Source of the DNA: a virus
Lineage: Duplodnaviria; Caudoviricetes
IMG/VR virus record: IMGVR_UViG_2740891816_000001
Location: 1,621 to 65,620 of that record
Length of the DNA: 64,000 nt
Reading direction: 5' to 3' (one strand)
Notes under the pieces: model-generated
Told to the model about the DNA's origin: nothing
What the model saw: only the letters and a program-made list of their open reading frames with translations
The model's database searches: none
Position numbers and translations under genes: made by a program
Part shown: in pieces, positions 35,789 to 46,800 of the stretch
How the letters are laid out: each line of letters opens with the position of its first letter
How positions within the stretch are numbered: the stretch's first letter is position 1

Positions 35789-36169
35789 ATGGCAAAGATC
35801 AGGATCGCCCAGAACCCTACATTCAAGGCATTCGTGCTGATCCCAATTGTTGGAGAGGAGCCCGAGAAAATCGAGTTCACCTTCAAGTATCGGGATCGCC
35901 CGGGGCTTGCTGCCTTGTTCGATGAGTGGAGCGCAAAGGGAAAGGAGATGCGTGAGAGCTTCGGCGAAGCCACCACTTTGTCCGATGTCGTTTCTGCCGA
36001 GACCGAGCTTCAGGTGCAGCAAATCAAGGATCTCGTCGTTGGGTGGGGGTTCGATGACAAGTTTGACGACAAGAGCATCCAGGCCCTTGTTAAGTCCTGT
36101 TACGGCACCGCCGAAGCGGTTGTCAGCGCCTATCAGAGCGCATTCAGCCAGGCTCGCCTGGGAAACTGA
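35789..36169 (+). CDS. Tail assembly chaperone (gpG-like)
   Basis: Between tail tube and tape measure genes. Confidence 0.85.
   Translation: MAKIRIAQNPTFKAFVLIPIVGEEPEKIEFTFKYRDRPGLAALFDEWSAKGKEMRESFGEATTLSDVVSAETELQVQQIKDLVVGWGFDDKFDDKSIQALVKSCYGTAEAVVSAYQSAFSQARLGN
36160..36166 (+). other. Programmed -1 frameshift slippery site G GGA AAC producing a gpGT-like fusion
   Basis: X XXY YYZ just before TGA; the -1 frame GGG AAA CTG ATA... is open into the ATG at 36187. Confidence 0.85.
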
Positions 36170-36186
36170 TAGCGGCAGCCAAAGCA

Positions 36187-36492
36187 ATGTACGAAAGCGG
36201 CCAATCTGCTGAGCAATTGGCTGCTCTCGGGCTGACGGCTGCCGACCTCGATGAGGACGATGTCGAGGTCTGGCCCTGCAACTGGCCGGCCTTCCTCCTG
36301 TTCAACCGGATGTCTACTCAGTGGCGTGCAGGTACGGGCGGGGCGATCGGTCTCGACTACAGCAGCATCCGCGACGTGGCCAGCTTCCTTGGCATCAAGA
36401 AAAAGAAACTCGCTGAAATCTTCCCTGACCTTCAAGTCTTGGAAGGCGAAGCCCTGCGCGTCATGGCGGAGGAAAGGGAAAACAGCCCCTAA
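36187..36492 (+). CDS. gpT-like chaperone extension (DUF1799-like)
   Basis: VWP.NW.A..LF..MSTQWR.G..G.IGLDY. Confidence 0.82.
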   Translation: MYESGQSAEQLAALGLTAADLDEDDVEVWPCNWPAFLLFNRMSTQWRAGTGGAIGLDYSSIRDVASFLGIKKKKLAEIFPDLQVLEGEALRVMAEERENSP

Positions 36493-36519
36493 CCACTGGC
36501 ACTTATTCAAGGTGAGTCG

Positions 36520-39500
36520 ATGAACATTGCAGAACTCGGCGTCAAGATCGACTCGGCCGATGCGATCCAGGCCAAGACAAGCCTGGATGAGATGGCCAAG
36601 GCCGGCGGCCGGGCCGAGCAGTCCGCTGCCTCGTTGATGAACGAAATTCAGGCCCTGGAGAAGTCGCTGTCCACCAGCGCCAAAACTACCCAGGATCTGG
36701 CCAAGCAGCGGGACACGCTCACCAAGCTGACCAAGGCCGGCGCCTATGGCGAGGCGGAAGCGGTGAAGATTTCCGCGCAGCTCGACAAGCAGCAGGTTGC
36801 TCTGGCCAAGTCCGCTCTGGATGAGCAAAAAGCTCTCAACAGCTTGTTGGGGGCAATTGACCCGGCCCGCGCGGCGCTGGCGAAACTCGACACTCAAGTC
36901 GAGCAACTGGGCAAGCACTTAGACGTGGGGCGTCTGAGTCAGGACGACTACAACAAAGCCCTGGGCAATATCGACAAGGACTACGCCAAGCTCGAAAAAA
37001 CCACCACCGGCTTCGACAAGCTGCGCCTCGGCACCCGCCAGGCGCAGGAAAACGTTACGCAGCTTGGCAACGCGCTGTCTTCTGGTGACTGGGGGAGCGG
37101 TGTTCGTGCTGTTCTTCAGCTTGGCGCAGGTGCTGGCGCATCGGCCGCCGGCCTATTGGCCATGCTGGCGCCTATTGCGCTTGCGACAGGCGCTGTCGCC
37201 GCTCTTGGGGTCGCCTACTACAAAGGCAGTGAAGAGCAGGACAAGTACAACAAATCACTAATCCTCACCGGCAACTACGCTGGAGTTAGCGCAGGGCAAC
37301 TGGGCGACATGGCGCGGCAGGTCAGCGCAACCATGGGCACCACCGGCCAGGCTGCTGCGGTTCTCGCGCTGCTGGCCGACAACGGCAAGATCGCTGGCGA
37401 GAGCTTCACTGGCATCACCCAGGCCGTTGTGTCGATGCAGGAAGCCACGGGCAAGGCGGTGAGTGAGACAGTCGCCGAGTTTTCCAAACTGGCCGACGAC
37501 CCGGTCAAGGCGTCCGCTGCGCTGAACGAGCAGTACCACTACCTGACAGCTTCGGTTTACTCGCAGATCACTGCGCTGGAAGAGCAGGGCGACCACGCTG
37601 GTGCGGTAAAGCTGGCGACAGAGTCTTACGCTGACGCGATCAACGAGCGCACCCCGAAGATTCTGGAAAACCTGAGTTTCTGGGAGAAAGGCTACAACGC
37701 CGTAGCGCGCGCCGCCGATAACCTCAAGAATTTCGGTCGGCCAGACATCGGCGCCGATATCGAACAGGCGCGCCGTGACCTGGCCGAAGCCCAGAAGGGC
37801 AACGTTGGTGTCTTCCAAAATAAACAGGTGATGGTCGATTACTACACCAACCAGTTGAACATGCTGGAGGACCAAAAGGCCGCGCAAGCCGATATCGCCA
37901 AGTGGGAGAGCGAGCAAGCGAAAGCGCAGGGCGATGCAGTGTCGTCCATGGCGAAAATCGACGCACTGACCAAATCGTCGTGGACGAATGAGCAGAAGCG
38001 CACCGAGGCAATCAAGGAGTACAAGCAGCAGCTCGAAGACATCCGCAAGGTCGACCCGAAGGATTCTCGCCTCGATCAGGCGGCGATCGACAAGAACATC
38101 TCCAACATCAACGACAAGTTCAAAGACCCGAAGGCCCCGAGTTCTCAGGTCGACCTGACCGGCTTCAACGACGCCAAGAACAGCCTGGCGGCCATCGCCG
38201 CGGACTACAAAAACTACCAGAAGGAACTGGACGCCGCGCAGAAGGCCGGCCTGATATCCGAGGCTGACTACCTGTTGCGCCGCCAGGCCCTAATCGGCAA
38301 CGAGCGCGATCAGGTGACGGCAGCCTACGAGGCGGAAATCACCGCGCTGGAAGCCGCCAAGGGCAAGAAGACCACGTCGGCCGCGCAAAGCATTCAGCTT
38401 GACCAGAAGATCGCCGACGCGCGCGCAGGGATGGTCAAAGCGCAGAAGGATGCCGATAGCCAGCTTGAGGTGCTGGCGACCAACGAGTCCGGGCGGCTAG
38501 CCAAGCAGGAGCGCGCGATCAGCACCTACATTCAGGCGCTGGGGCAGCAGCAGCGAGCCTTGGAACTGGCTGGCCAGCGCGCAGTCCTCGGCGTGGGCCA
38601 GGGTGATCGCCAAACCGCGCTCAGCGGCGAGCTGAACAGCCAGCAAGACCGGTTTGCTCAGCAGTCCCTGGAGTTGGCCAACCAGAAGTCCGACCCGTCG
38701 CGGAATATGTCGGAGGAGGAGTTCAAGCGTAAATCCCAGGCGCTCGCCGATGCGAATAAGGCGGCGACCGACCAAATCCGGCAGAACTATGCGGATGTGG
38801 AAGCTGCCCAGGGTGATTGGACGAAGGGCGCGACGGCTGCTTGGGATAACTACCTGGATTCGGCGCGAAACATTGCCGGCCAGACGAAAAGCCTGTTCGG
38901 CAACGCCTTCAGCTCCATGGAGGATTCGCTGGTCAACTTCGCCGTTACAGGCAAAGCGTCGTTCGCGGACTTCACCAAGTCGATTTTGGCGGACATGGCG
39001 CGCATTGCGACACGTCAGGCCAGTTCCGCTTTGCTGGGCAGCCTGGTAGGGGCGGCGGCGAGTTACTTCGGAGGCAGTGCCGCCGGCGGCAACGGGCTGG
39101 CAGCCGGATCTGCTGGCGCTGCATCTTCCAACCTTGGCGCTTCAGCGGGGGGCTACTCGGGCAGCTACTTCCCGCAAGCAATGGGCGGCGCCTGGTCGGG
39201 CGGCGTGCAGATGTTCGCCGACGGCGGTGCCTTCACCAACTCCATCGTCAGCAAGCCCACGGCATTCGGTATGGCCAACGGCAAAACCGGTGTCATGGGA
39301 GAGGCAGGGGAAGAAGCGATCATGCCTCTAACCCGGACGTCCAGCGGCAAGCTCGGCGTTATGGCCATGGGCGGCGGGTCCGGCGGAACACAGATCAATG
39401 TCGAGGTGCGTATCGACGGTGAAGGAAACGCATCGTCTACCTCTGATGCGCCTGGTTATGACCTGTTCGGCAAGGAGCTGGCGACGTTCGTTGAGCAGAA

Positions 39501-39570
39501 ATATCAGGAACTGCGCAGCAGGGATATGCGCCAGGGCGGCGTCATCAACAACGCAATTAAGGGGCGATGA
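36520..39570 (+). CDS. Tape measure protein, lambda family
   Basis: 1016 aa Ala-rich helical protein; C-terminal FADGG. Confidence 0.93.
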   Translation: MNIAELGVKIDSADAIQAKTSLDEMAKAGGRAEQSAASLMNEIQALEKSLSTSAKTTQDLAKQRDTLTKLTKAGAYGEAEAVKISAQLDKQQVALAKSALDEQKALNSLLGAIDPARAALAKLDTQVEQLGKHLDVGRLSQDDYNKALGNIDKDYAKLEKTTTGFDKLRLGTRQAQENVTQLGNALSSGDWGSGVRAVLQLGAGAGASAAGLLAMLAPIALATGAVAALGVAYYKGSEEQDKYNKSLILTGNYAGVSAGQLGDMARQVSATMGTTGQAAAVLALLADNGKIAGESFTGITQAVVSMQEATGKAVSETVAEFSKLADDPVKASAALNEQYHYLTASVYSQITALEEQGDHAGAVKLATESYADAINERTPKILENLSFWEKGYNAVARAADNLKNFGRPDIGADIEQARRDLAEAQKGNVGVFQNKQVMVDYYTNQLNMLEDQKAAQADIAKWESEQAKAQGDAVSSMAKIDALTKSSWTNEQKRTEAIKEYKQQLEDIRKVDPKDSRLDQAAIDKNISNINDKFKDPKAPSSQVDLTGFNDAKNSLAAIAADYKNYQKELDAAQKAGLISEADYLLRRQALIGNERDQVTAAYEAEITALEAAKGKKTTSAAQSIQLDQKIADARAGMVKAQKDADSQLEVLATNESGRLAKQERAISTYIQALGQQQRALELAGQRAVLGVGQGDRQTALSGELNSQQDRFAQQSLELANQKSDPSRNMSEEEFKRKSQALADANKAATDQIRQNYADVEAAQGDWTKGATAAWDNYLDSARNIAGQTKSLFGNAFSSMEDSLVNFAVTGKASFADFTKSILADMARIATRQASSALLGSLVGAAASYFGGSAAGGNGLAAGSAGAASSNLGASAGGYSGSYFPQAMGGAWSGGVQMFADGGAFTNSIVSKPTAFGMANGKTGVMGEAGEEAIMPLTRTSSGKLGVMAMGGGSGGTQINVEVRIDGEGNASSTSDAPGYDLFGKELATFVEQKYQELRSRDMRQGGVINNAIKGR

Positions 39571-39908
39571 TGGCTATCGAACGATTCACCTGGGCAACGG
39601 AAAAGGGCGCGGAGGGTGATGTGACCCAGCGCGTCCGGACCAAGCAGTTCGGCGATGGGTACGAGCAGTCGGTCGAAGATGGCCTCAATAACCAGTCCCA
39701 ATCCTGGCCGCTCACGTTCACCGGCGCCAAGGCTCGTGTTCTGGAAATCAAGGCGTTCCTCGATCGGCACAAGGGCGCTAAGGGCTTCCTATGGGAGCCG
39801 CCATTGGGCGAGCTTGGCCTCTACAAGTGCAACGGCTACAAGCCGGTTCACCGCGGTGGCCAGGTCTACGCCATCACCGCCACCTTCAAGCAAACCTTTC
39901 ATCCCTGA
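39567..39908 (+). CDS. Minor tail protein M-like
   Basis: QFGDGYEQ, FLDRHKG..F.W.PP. Confidence 0.88.
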   Translation: MMAIERFTWATEKGAEGDVTQRVRTKQFGDGYEQSVEDGLNNQSQSWPLTFTGAKARVLEIKAFLDRHKGAKGFLWEPPLGELGLYKCNGYKPVHRGGQVYAITATFKQTFHP

Positions 39909-39917
39909 GGCCAATCC

Positions 39918-40670
39918 ATGGCACTGATCACGGACATCCAGAAACTGGAGCCCGGCGGCGAGATTCGCCTGTTTGAAATTGACGGGACTGAGTACGGCGC
40001 GGATTACCTGCGCTTCCACGGGCACGCCATTCCGCACACACCTGAAGAGCTGCTGGCCTACGAGCATTCGGAAGAGGATCTGCCAGCGAAGTCGATCTGG
40101 TGGCAGGGCGAGGAGTACGCGGCCTGGCCGGTGCAAATTGAGGGAATTTCCTCAAGTAGCGACGGCACAGCCTCACGGCCGACATTCGCCGCCGGCAACG
40201 TCAACGGCAGAGTCACGGCGCTGTGCCTGGCCTTCGAGGACATGCTCAAGTTCAAGCTGACGGTTCGCGAGACCCTGGCCCAGTACCTGGACGCGGCCAA
40301 CTTTCCCGACGGCAACCCGACTGCAGACCCGACCCAGGAAGCGTTGGAGATCTGGTACATCGACCAGAAAACCAGCGAGGACAGCGAGGCGGTGGTCTGG
40401 GAGCTGTCTTCCCCGGGTGAGATCGACAACCACGGACTGCCCGGCCGGCAGATGACGACGTTCTGCCACTGGGCCATGACCAATGGCTACCGGGGAGCGG
40501 ACTGTGGCTACACCGGCGCGGCCATGTTCGATGACGAGGACAACCCCACGGATGACCCCGCCAAGGATCAGTGCAAAGGCTGCCTGTCGTCCTGCAAGTT
40601 GCGCTTTGGGGAGAACAACGAGCTGTCCTTCGGTGGCTTCCCCGCCGTTTCCCTGATAGCCAGGAGCTGA
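39918..40670 (+). CDS. Minor tail protein L-like
   Basis: C-terminal Cys cluster C..YRG..CGY..C....SCKLRF. Confidence 0.9.
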   Translation: MALITDIQKLEPGGEIRLFEIDGTEYGADYLRFHGHAIPHTPEELLAYEHSEEDLPAKSIWWQGEEYAAWPVQIEGISSSSDGTASRPTFAAGNVNGRVTALCLAFEDMLKFKLTVRETLAQYLDAANFPDGNPTADPTQEALEIWYIDQKTSEDSEAVVWELSSPGEIDNHGLPGRQMTTFCHWAMTNGYRGADCGYTGAAMFDDEDNPTDDPAKDQCKGCLSSCKLRFGENNELSFGGFPAVSLIARS

Positions 40671-40672
40671 CC

Positions 40673-41437
40673 ATGCGCAAACACATCATTGCGGCGATCC
40701 AGGCGCACGCCGCAGCCCAGTACCCGAAAGAGTGCTGCGGTCTGCTGCTGGTCGTTGGCCGCGCGCAGAAGTACTTCCCTTGCCGGAACATCGCCACGGA
40801 GCCGAACGAAGAGTTTCGGCTCGATCCCGAGGATTACGCCGCGGCGGAAGATTTGGGCGAGGTGATCGGCATCGTTCACTCGCACCCAAACGCAACCAGT
40901 CGGCCGTCACCGCATGATCTGGCGATGTGCGAGGCCATGGCCGTTCCCTGGCACATTTTGAGTTGGCCCGAGGGCGATCTGCGCACCATCACGCCAACCG
41001 GACGCACGCCGCTGCTCCAGCGTCCGTTCGTACACGGCGCCTGGGATTGCTGGCAGGTCTGCGCAGATTGGTACCAGCGCGAATGGGGTCTGGAATTCGA
41101 AGCCTTCCAGCGCGCCGATGGCTGGTGGGAGAGTACGGAGAACGCAAGCCTGTACGAGGCGAACTACGAGGCTGCCGGTTTTGTACGTGTCGACCGGCCG
41201 CAACGCGGTGACCTGATCGTTATGCAGGTCGGGCGCACTGTATACCCGAACCATGCCGGGATCTACCTAAGCACTGATCCGGTGCTACCTGGCGAAGAGT
41301 TGGGCGCGTTCGGCCCTGGTCCATTCCTGCTGCACCACCTTTACGGTAGGCCGTCCGAGATCATCGTCTACGGCGGACCCTGGCATGACCGGACACGCCT
41401 GATCCTCAGGCACAAAGACGCAAGACAACCAACTTGA
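40673..41437 (+). CDS. Tail assembly protein K-like (JAB + NlpC/P60)
   Basis: YPKECCG, HSHP, DCW, NHAGIY. Confidence 0.9.
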   Translation: MRKHIIAAIQAHAAAQYPKECCGLLLVVGRAQKYFPCRNIATEPNEEFRLDPEDYAAAEDLGEVIGIVHSHPNATSRPSPHDLAMCEAMAVPWHILSWPEGDLRTITPTGRTPLLQRPFVHGAWDCWQVCADWYQREWGLEFEAFQRADGWWESTENASLYEANYEAAGFVRVDRPQRGDLIVMQVGRTVYPNHAGIYLSTDPVLPGEELGAFGPGPFLLHHLYGRPSEIIVYGGPWHDRTRLILRHKDARQPT

Positions 41438-41462
41438 CGCGGCATGGCCGCAGGGGAAGATC

Positions 41463-41717
41463 ATGCGAGCCCCGCAGCGCTACACGTTGACCATTCACGA
41501 CCTCTTTACCGTCACCGAAGGCAGCATTTGCGGCGCTGAAGCGGTGGTTGCCATTTTGGATGATGGAGTCGAGATTGATCGTGTGAAATTTTCCGGCAAG
41601 TGCCAGAGCGAAGGTGGCTACAGCCGCAGCTACCATGGCAAGTCAGGGCTTCAGGCGGCGCTTGTATCTGGTCCAGGCAGAATTGATTTTGGCTTGGCGC
41701 AGGCGGTCGCTATTTAG
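41463..41717 (+). CDS. Hypothetical moron (84 aa)
   Basis: ORF with RBS between K and I. Confidence 0.6.
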   Translation: MRAPQRYTLTIHDLFTVTEGSICGAEAVVAILDDGVEIDRVKFSGKCQSEGGYSRSYHGKSGLQAALVSGPGRIDFGLAQAVAI

Positions 41718-41967
41718 GTTCTTCGCCGCCACCCATGAAGTCATCAGTCCCGAGCCTGTGCGAACCATACTTCACAGTGTGACCATCACCCAAGCGCTCA
41801 GCCTCGACCTCTGCGACATGTTTGTCGGCGTAGATGTCAATAAAGCTCCAGGGAGCATTACGACCCACGGCCCATCCAAGCACCCATCCAGGCATATCTG
41901 GATCTGCGGGTAGATTCTTCACGAGACTTCTGACTGACATGGCCATTCCTTGGTTTGTGGAAGCCAA
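41710..41967 (-). CDS. Hypothetical moron
   Basis: Convergent ORF between K and I. Confidence 0.55.
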   Translation of the reverse strand: MASTNQGMAMSVRSLVKNLPADPDMPGWVLGWAVGRNAPWSFIDIYADKHVAEVEAERLGDGHTVKYGSHRLGTDDFMGGGEEPK

Positions 41968-42076
41968 AAACTACTACCGATCAACGGATGCGCGCTACTG
42001 GAATTCCATCCACGCTGGATGCCCGGACAGGCAAAGTGCTATCGTCGGATTTCAATCAAGGCGAAGGAGTCGCAAC

Positions 42077-42232
42077 GTGGCAGCAGTGAAGACATTCGTG
42101 TTCAAGTTGAAAGCAAGCAATGGTTCTGGAATGAGCAATGTGCTTCAGAACGGAGTGGATCAGCGGGAGGCTGAGCGGAAAATTCTCGCCAAATATCCAG
42201 GCGCGACAATTCTGGATGTTCGTCTGCAGTGA
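42077..42232 (+). CDS. Small hypothetical protein (51 aa)
   Basis: AAGGAG RBS + GTG; followed by a terminator. Confidence 0.6.
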   Translation: MAAVKTFVFKLKASNGSGMSNVLQNGVDQREAERKILAKYPGATILDVRLQ

Positions 42233-42342
42233 GAAACAGCCCAGCCCCGTGCTGGGCTTTTTGCATCTGGCGGTAAATATCGGTACTACTGAAAACCCAA
42301 TCTAGCGTGATATCGTTTTGCCTCTAACAGCGGAGGTAGTAT

Positions 42343-42771
42343 ATGAAGGTCAAAAATTGGACGGGCTGGGAGCCGGAGTGGCTCAAACTGACCGAGCACT
42401 ATCTGGATGCCCCGGCCGTACCGGGTGCGTATCTAATCTGCGCCGATAGAGCTATCCACCGCGCCGTAGGCGTCGATGATAATGGCGTCCTGACTATTGG
42501 CGAGTCGGATAATTTGAGGCGCCGCCTCGCTGCGTTTGTTCGATGCGCCAAAAATCCTGGAGCCGCTGGGCATATGGCCGGCTGGCGCTTCAATTACGCG
42601 GCTTTCGAGAAGGTTTTTCCATTGGAAACTCTCTGGGTTAGCTGGCATCCGACTGTTGATAAAGCCACAGCTTACGCAAAGGAAGGAGAGATGCTTGCTC
42701 TCTACTTGGCCGAGCACTATGAGCTGCCTCCCCTGAACTACAAGTTCAACTGGCCCAAGCTTGAAGGCTAA
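42343..42771 (+). CDS. Stand-alone GIY-YIG-like nuclease domain protein
   Basis: PGAYLI...LTIGESDNLRRRL...E...LPPLN; GGAGG RBS. Confidence 0.7.
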   Translation: MKVKNWTGWEPEWLKLTEHYLDAPAVPGAYLICADRAIHRAVGVDDNGVLTIGESDNLRRRLAAFVRCAKNPGAAGHMAGWRFNYAAFEKVFPLETLWVSWHPTVDKATAYAKEGEMLALYLAEHYELPPLNYKFNWPKLEG

Positions 42772-42832
42772 CAGAACTGGTTGCCCGGGTGGCGCAGCGC
42801 TACAGTCGCTCCTTTCAGGACAAGGAAGAATC

Positions 42833-43177
42833 ATGCGGATTTTGATAGCGGCGGTAGCGGTGGCGATGCTGGCGGGTTGCACAACACCTGGCGACCTCAA
42901 AGGCGGAAAGGCAACCATTAGCGCCTCGTCGAGTAAGGCGCCGAAACAATATGCCCTCTGCGTCATGCCCAAATGGCAGGATGCTCGCTCAGGAGCCACG
43001 ATGGCCGAAACCTCGACTGGTTATAGGCTCATCGTTGCTACGGACTCGACGGCCGAGGAGCTTCTTGAGGTGAATCAATCCTCAAATGGCAGCAGCATCG
43101 CGCTTTATCAGCGATTGTCCTGGGCGCCCGGTTACGGTCGATCAGCCATTGAAAAGGCAGTTCGCGACTGCCTGTAA
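42833..43177 (+). CDS. Lipoprotein moron
   Basis: Signal peptide with lipobox LAGC. Confidence 0.8.
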   Translation: MRILIAAVAVAMLAGCTTPGDLKGGKATISASSSKAPKQYALCVMPKWQDARSGATMAETSTGYRLIVATDSTAEELLEVNQSSNGSSIALYQRLSWAPGYGRSAIEKAVRDCL

Positions 43178-43231
43178 CGAACAACTACATCAAGCCGCCT
43201 TCGGGCGGCTTTTTCACGTCCGGAGAAAACT

Positions 43232-43819
43232 ATGGCAGCGCTCGCAATCGAATACCAGCCACTCACCACCATCCTGCTTTTCGGTCAGCTACGCCAGTTC
43301 GGTCGCTCCTTCAAACTTTCGGTCAGAACGACCGCCGAGGCGATCAAGGCCCTCTGCGTGCAGGTTCCTGGCTTCGAGCGGTTCTTGTCGAATGCGAAGT
43401 CTCGAGGGATTGAGTTCGCGGTGTTCAGGGGGAAAAAGAATATTGGAGAGGGCGAGCTCGCTTTTGGCGGAGAAGGCGACATCCGCATTGCGCCGGTAAT
43501 TACTGGTAGCAAACGGGCTGGGATTCTCCAGACAATCGTTGGTGTAGTGCTACTCGCTATTTCTTATGTTTTCCCGGTTACCGCACCATATTTGGCTCCC
43601 GCCGGCATCGGTCTGGTCGCTGGCGGCGTGATCCAAATGCTCAGCCCCCAGGCCAGCGGCCTCAAGACCAGCGCCGCGCCAGAGAACACCCCCGGCTATG
43701 CCTTCGGCAGCGCCAAGAACACCACTGCATCCGGTAACCCGGTACCGCTTTGTATAGGCGAGCGCCGGTGGGGTGGCGCAATTATCAGCGCCGCCATCTA
43801 CGCCGAAGACCAGATGTAG
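43232..43819 (+). CDS. Tail assembly protein I-like
   Basis: T..EAIKALC.Q.PGF; GNPVPL..GE. Confidence 0.9.
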   Translation: MAALAIEYQPLTTILLFGQLRQFGRSFKLSVRTTAEAIKALCVQVPGFERFLSNAKSRGIEFAVFRGKKNIGEGELAFGGEGDIRIAPVITGSKRAGILQTIVGVVLLAISYVFPVTAPYLAPAGIGLVAGGVIQMLSPQASGLKTSAAPENTPGYAFGSAKNTTASGNPVPLCIGERRWGGAIISAAIYAEDQM

Positions 43820-43878
43820 CAGAAACCCGCAGCACCGCAGCCGCCCAAGAGGCGGTTTTTTATTGCCTGGAGGAAAGC

Positions 43879-46800
43879 ATGGGCGCAGCACGCAAGATTG
43901 ATATCCACGGCGCCAAGGGCGGCGAAGAGAAAGCAAAAACGCCAACGGAAGCCCCGGATAGCCTGCGCTCTGTTGCCATCGCCAAGATGCTGATTGCCAT
44001 CGGAGAGGGTGAGTTCGAAGGCACTCCCACAGCGCGCGACATCTATCTCGACAACACCCCGCTGCAAGATCCTCAGGGCAACATGAACTTCCCTAACGTG
44101 AAGTGGGAGTGGCGCACCGGGGCTGTGGACCAGACCTATATCCAGGGCATCCCCTCGATCGAGAACGAAACCACCATCAGTACCGAGCTGCGCAGCGGCA
44201 CACCATGGGTTCGGGCGATCAGTAATACCCAACTTTCCGCCGTGCGCGTCCGCTTCGCCTGGCCAGCACTTCAGTCCGTAGATGCCAGCAACAACATCAA
44301 CGGCTACCGGATTCAGTACAAAGTTGAGCTCGCCACCGACGGCGGCGCCTACCAGCAGGTGCTGAGTGAGGCGGTCGACGGCAAGACCACGAGCACTTAT
44401 GAGCGTACCCGCCGCATCGATTTGCCGAAGGCAACATCCGGCTGGCTTATGCGAATCACCCGACTGACCATCAACCAGAACAACAACAAAATCTCCGACA
44501 CCATGCAGATCGCCGGCTTCACTGAGGTGATCGACGCCAAGATCCGCTATCCGAACACCGCGCTGCTCTACATCGAATTTTCGGCCGAGCAGTTCCGCAG
44601 CATTCCGGCGGTAACCGTCGGCTGCAAGGCTCGCAAATGGCAGGTCCCAAGCAACTACGACCCCGTGTCGCGGACATACAGTGGTATCTGGGACGGAACG
44701 CTCAAAGAGGCCTACACCAACAATCCGACCTGGGCTACATACGGCATCACCACCAATGACCGCTTCGGCCTGGGCCGTCGCATCAAGCCGTGGATGGTGG
44801 ACAAGTGGGAGCTCTACCGCATCTCGCAGTACTGCGACCAACTGGTGCCGGACGGGAAGGGCGGCCAGGAGCCGCGCTTTATCTGCAACCTGAACCTGCA
44901 GAGCAAGGCTGACGCCTGGTCGCTGCTGCGCGACATATCGGCGATCTACCGGGGCATGACCTACTGGGCCCAGGGCCAGGTCTTCACCCTGTCGGATATG
45001 CCACGCGCCACTGACTTCGACTTCGCCTACACCCGGGCGAATGTGATCGACAGCAAGCTCACCTACTCGAGCTCGTCGGAGCGCACCCGGTACAGCCGCG
45101 CGCTGATCAGCTACGACAACCCGGCGAACAACTACGACACCGACGTCACTGCCGTTACGGATGCCAAGCTGCAGCGCCGCTACGGCGACAATCCGCTGGA
45201 GATCAGTGCCATCGGCTGCACCCGCGAGTCTGAGGCGCAGCGCCGCGGTAAGTGGGGGCTGCTCACCAACTCCAAGGATCGGGCCGTTACTTTCAAGGTC
45301 GGCCTCGACGGGCGCATACCGCTGCCTGGCTACGTGATCCCAATCGCCGACGAACTCCTGGCCGGTCGGCCGGTGGGCGGGCGAATCTCGGCGGTGAACG
45401 GCAAGGTCATCACACTGGACCGCGATACTCAGGCCAAGCCCGGTGACCGATTGATCCTCAACCTGCCAGACGGCAAGTGCGAGGGGCGCACCGTGCAACT
45501 GGTCAGCGGCCGGCAGGTCACCGTTACCGTGGCCTACTCTGTGGCGCCAGAACCCGAACTGGTATGGGCGCTCGATGCCGACGATCTCGCCATCCCGCTG
45601 TACCGGGTGGTGAGCGTGGCCCGGCCGGAGCCAGGCGTGTTCGAGATATCGGCCGTGCAGTACGACCCAAGCAAATTCGCGCACATCGACACCGGCGCGC
45701 GCCTGGAAGAACGCCCAATCAGCGTTGTGCCGATCACCGTCGTTCCGGCGCCGGCGAGCGTCACGCTGACGTCGAGCTACGCCGTGAACCAGGGCATCGC
45801 CATCAGCACCATGAACATTTCGTGGCCTGCAGTGAACGGCGCCGTCGCCTATGACGTGGAGTGGCGCAAGGACAGCGGCAACTGGATCAAGGTGCAGCGG
45901 ACTGGTTCGACCAGTGTCGACGTCACTGGCATTTACTCGGGCGCCTACGTGGCCCGGGTTCGGTCGGTGAGCGCCTTTGAGATCTCCTCGATCTGGAAGA
46001 CCTCCAATCTGACCAACCTGGAAGGGAAGGTTGGCCTGCCGCCGGCGGTGGCGTTCCTGACCACCACCAGCCTGGTCTATGGCATTGGCATCCAGTGGGG
46101 CTTCCCGCCGGGCGCTGAGGACACCCAGCGGACGGAGCTTTGGTACAGCCAGTCACCGGACCTAACCACTGCGGTGAAGCTGAGCGACTTCAGCTACCCG
46201 CAGGCCAAGCACGAGATGCAGAACATCCTGGCCGGGGCGAGCGTCTACTTCTGGGCTCGCCTGGTGGACCGTACCGGCAACGTCGGGCCGTTCTGGCCGA
46301 TCCCGGGCGCCGTGAATGGCCGGGCCAGTTCTGATCAGACGGAGTACGACAAGTACTTCGCCGAGAAGATCGGCAAGGGTGCGCTGTACCAGAGCCTGCG
46401 GGAAGAGATCGACCTGATTACTGGTGATGGGCCGGGCTCGGTCAACGATCGTTTGGAGAAGGCCAAGCAGGAGCTGGAGGATCTGATCTCGGAAGTGGTC
46501 GACGCTCTGGAGTACGTCTCCACAAAGACCTACGTCAAGGGCGACATGGTCCGGGTAGGCCAGCAGTTGTTCCAGGCCACCAAGGCGGTACCGGTCAACA
46601 CCACACCGCCGAACGCCAACTACTGGTTCAACCTGGGCACCATCGCCGAAACGAATGCGGCGATGGCGCTGGAAATCAGCCAGAACAAGGCGGCTATCGA
46701 AGAGGTGGACGGCAAGGTCATGGCCACCGCCGAGCGCTTAGAAGGCGTCTATGCACTGGTGAAGTCCGACTCTGCAGGCTCGGAGGAGGGTAGCGCGGGG

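Noticed and set aside
36160-36169. Frameshift pseudogene in the tail chaperone
   Set aside because: It is the well-known programmed -1 G/GT frameshift, not decay and not novel
43798-45684. 628 aa antisense ORF (also 34613-36187, 31024-32058, 16938-17819 and similar)
   Set aside because: Shadow ORFs opposite GC3-biased structural genes; no RBS or recognisable motifs
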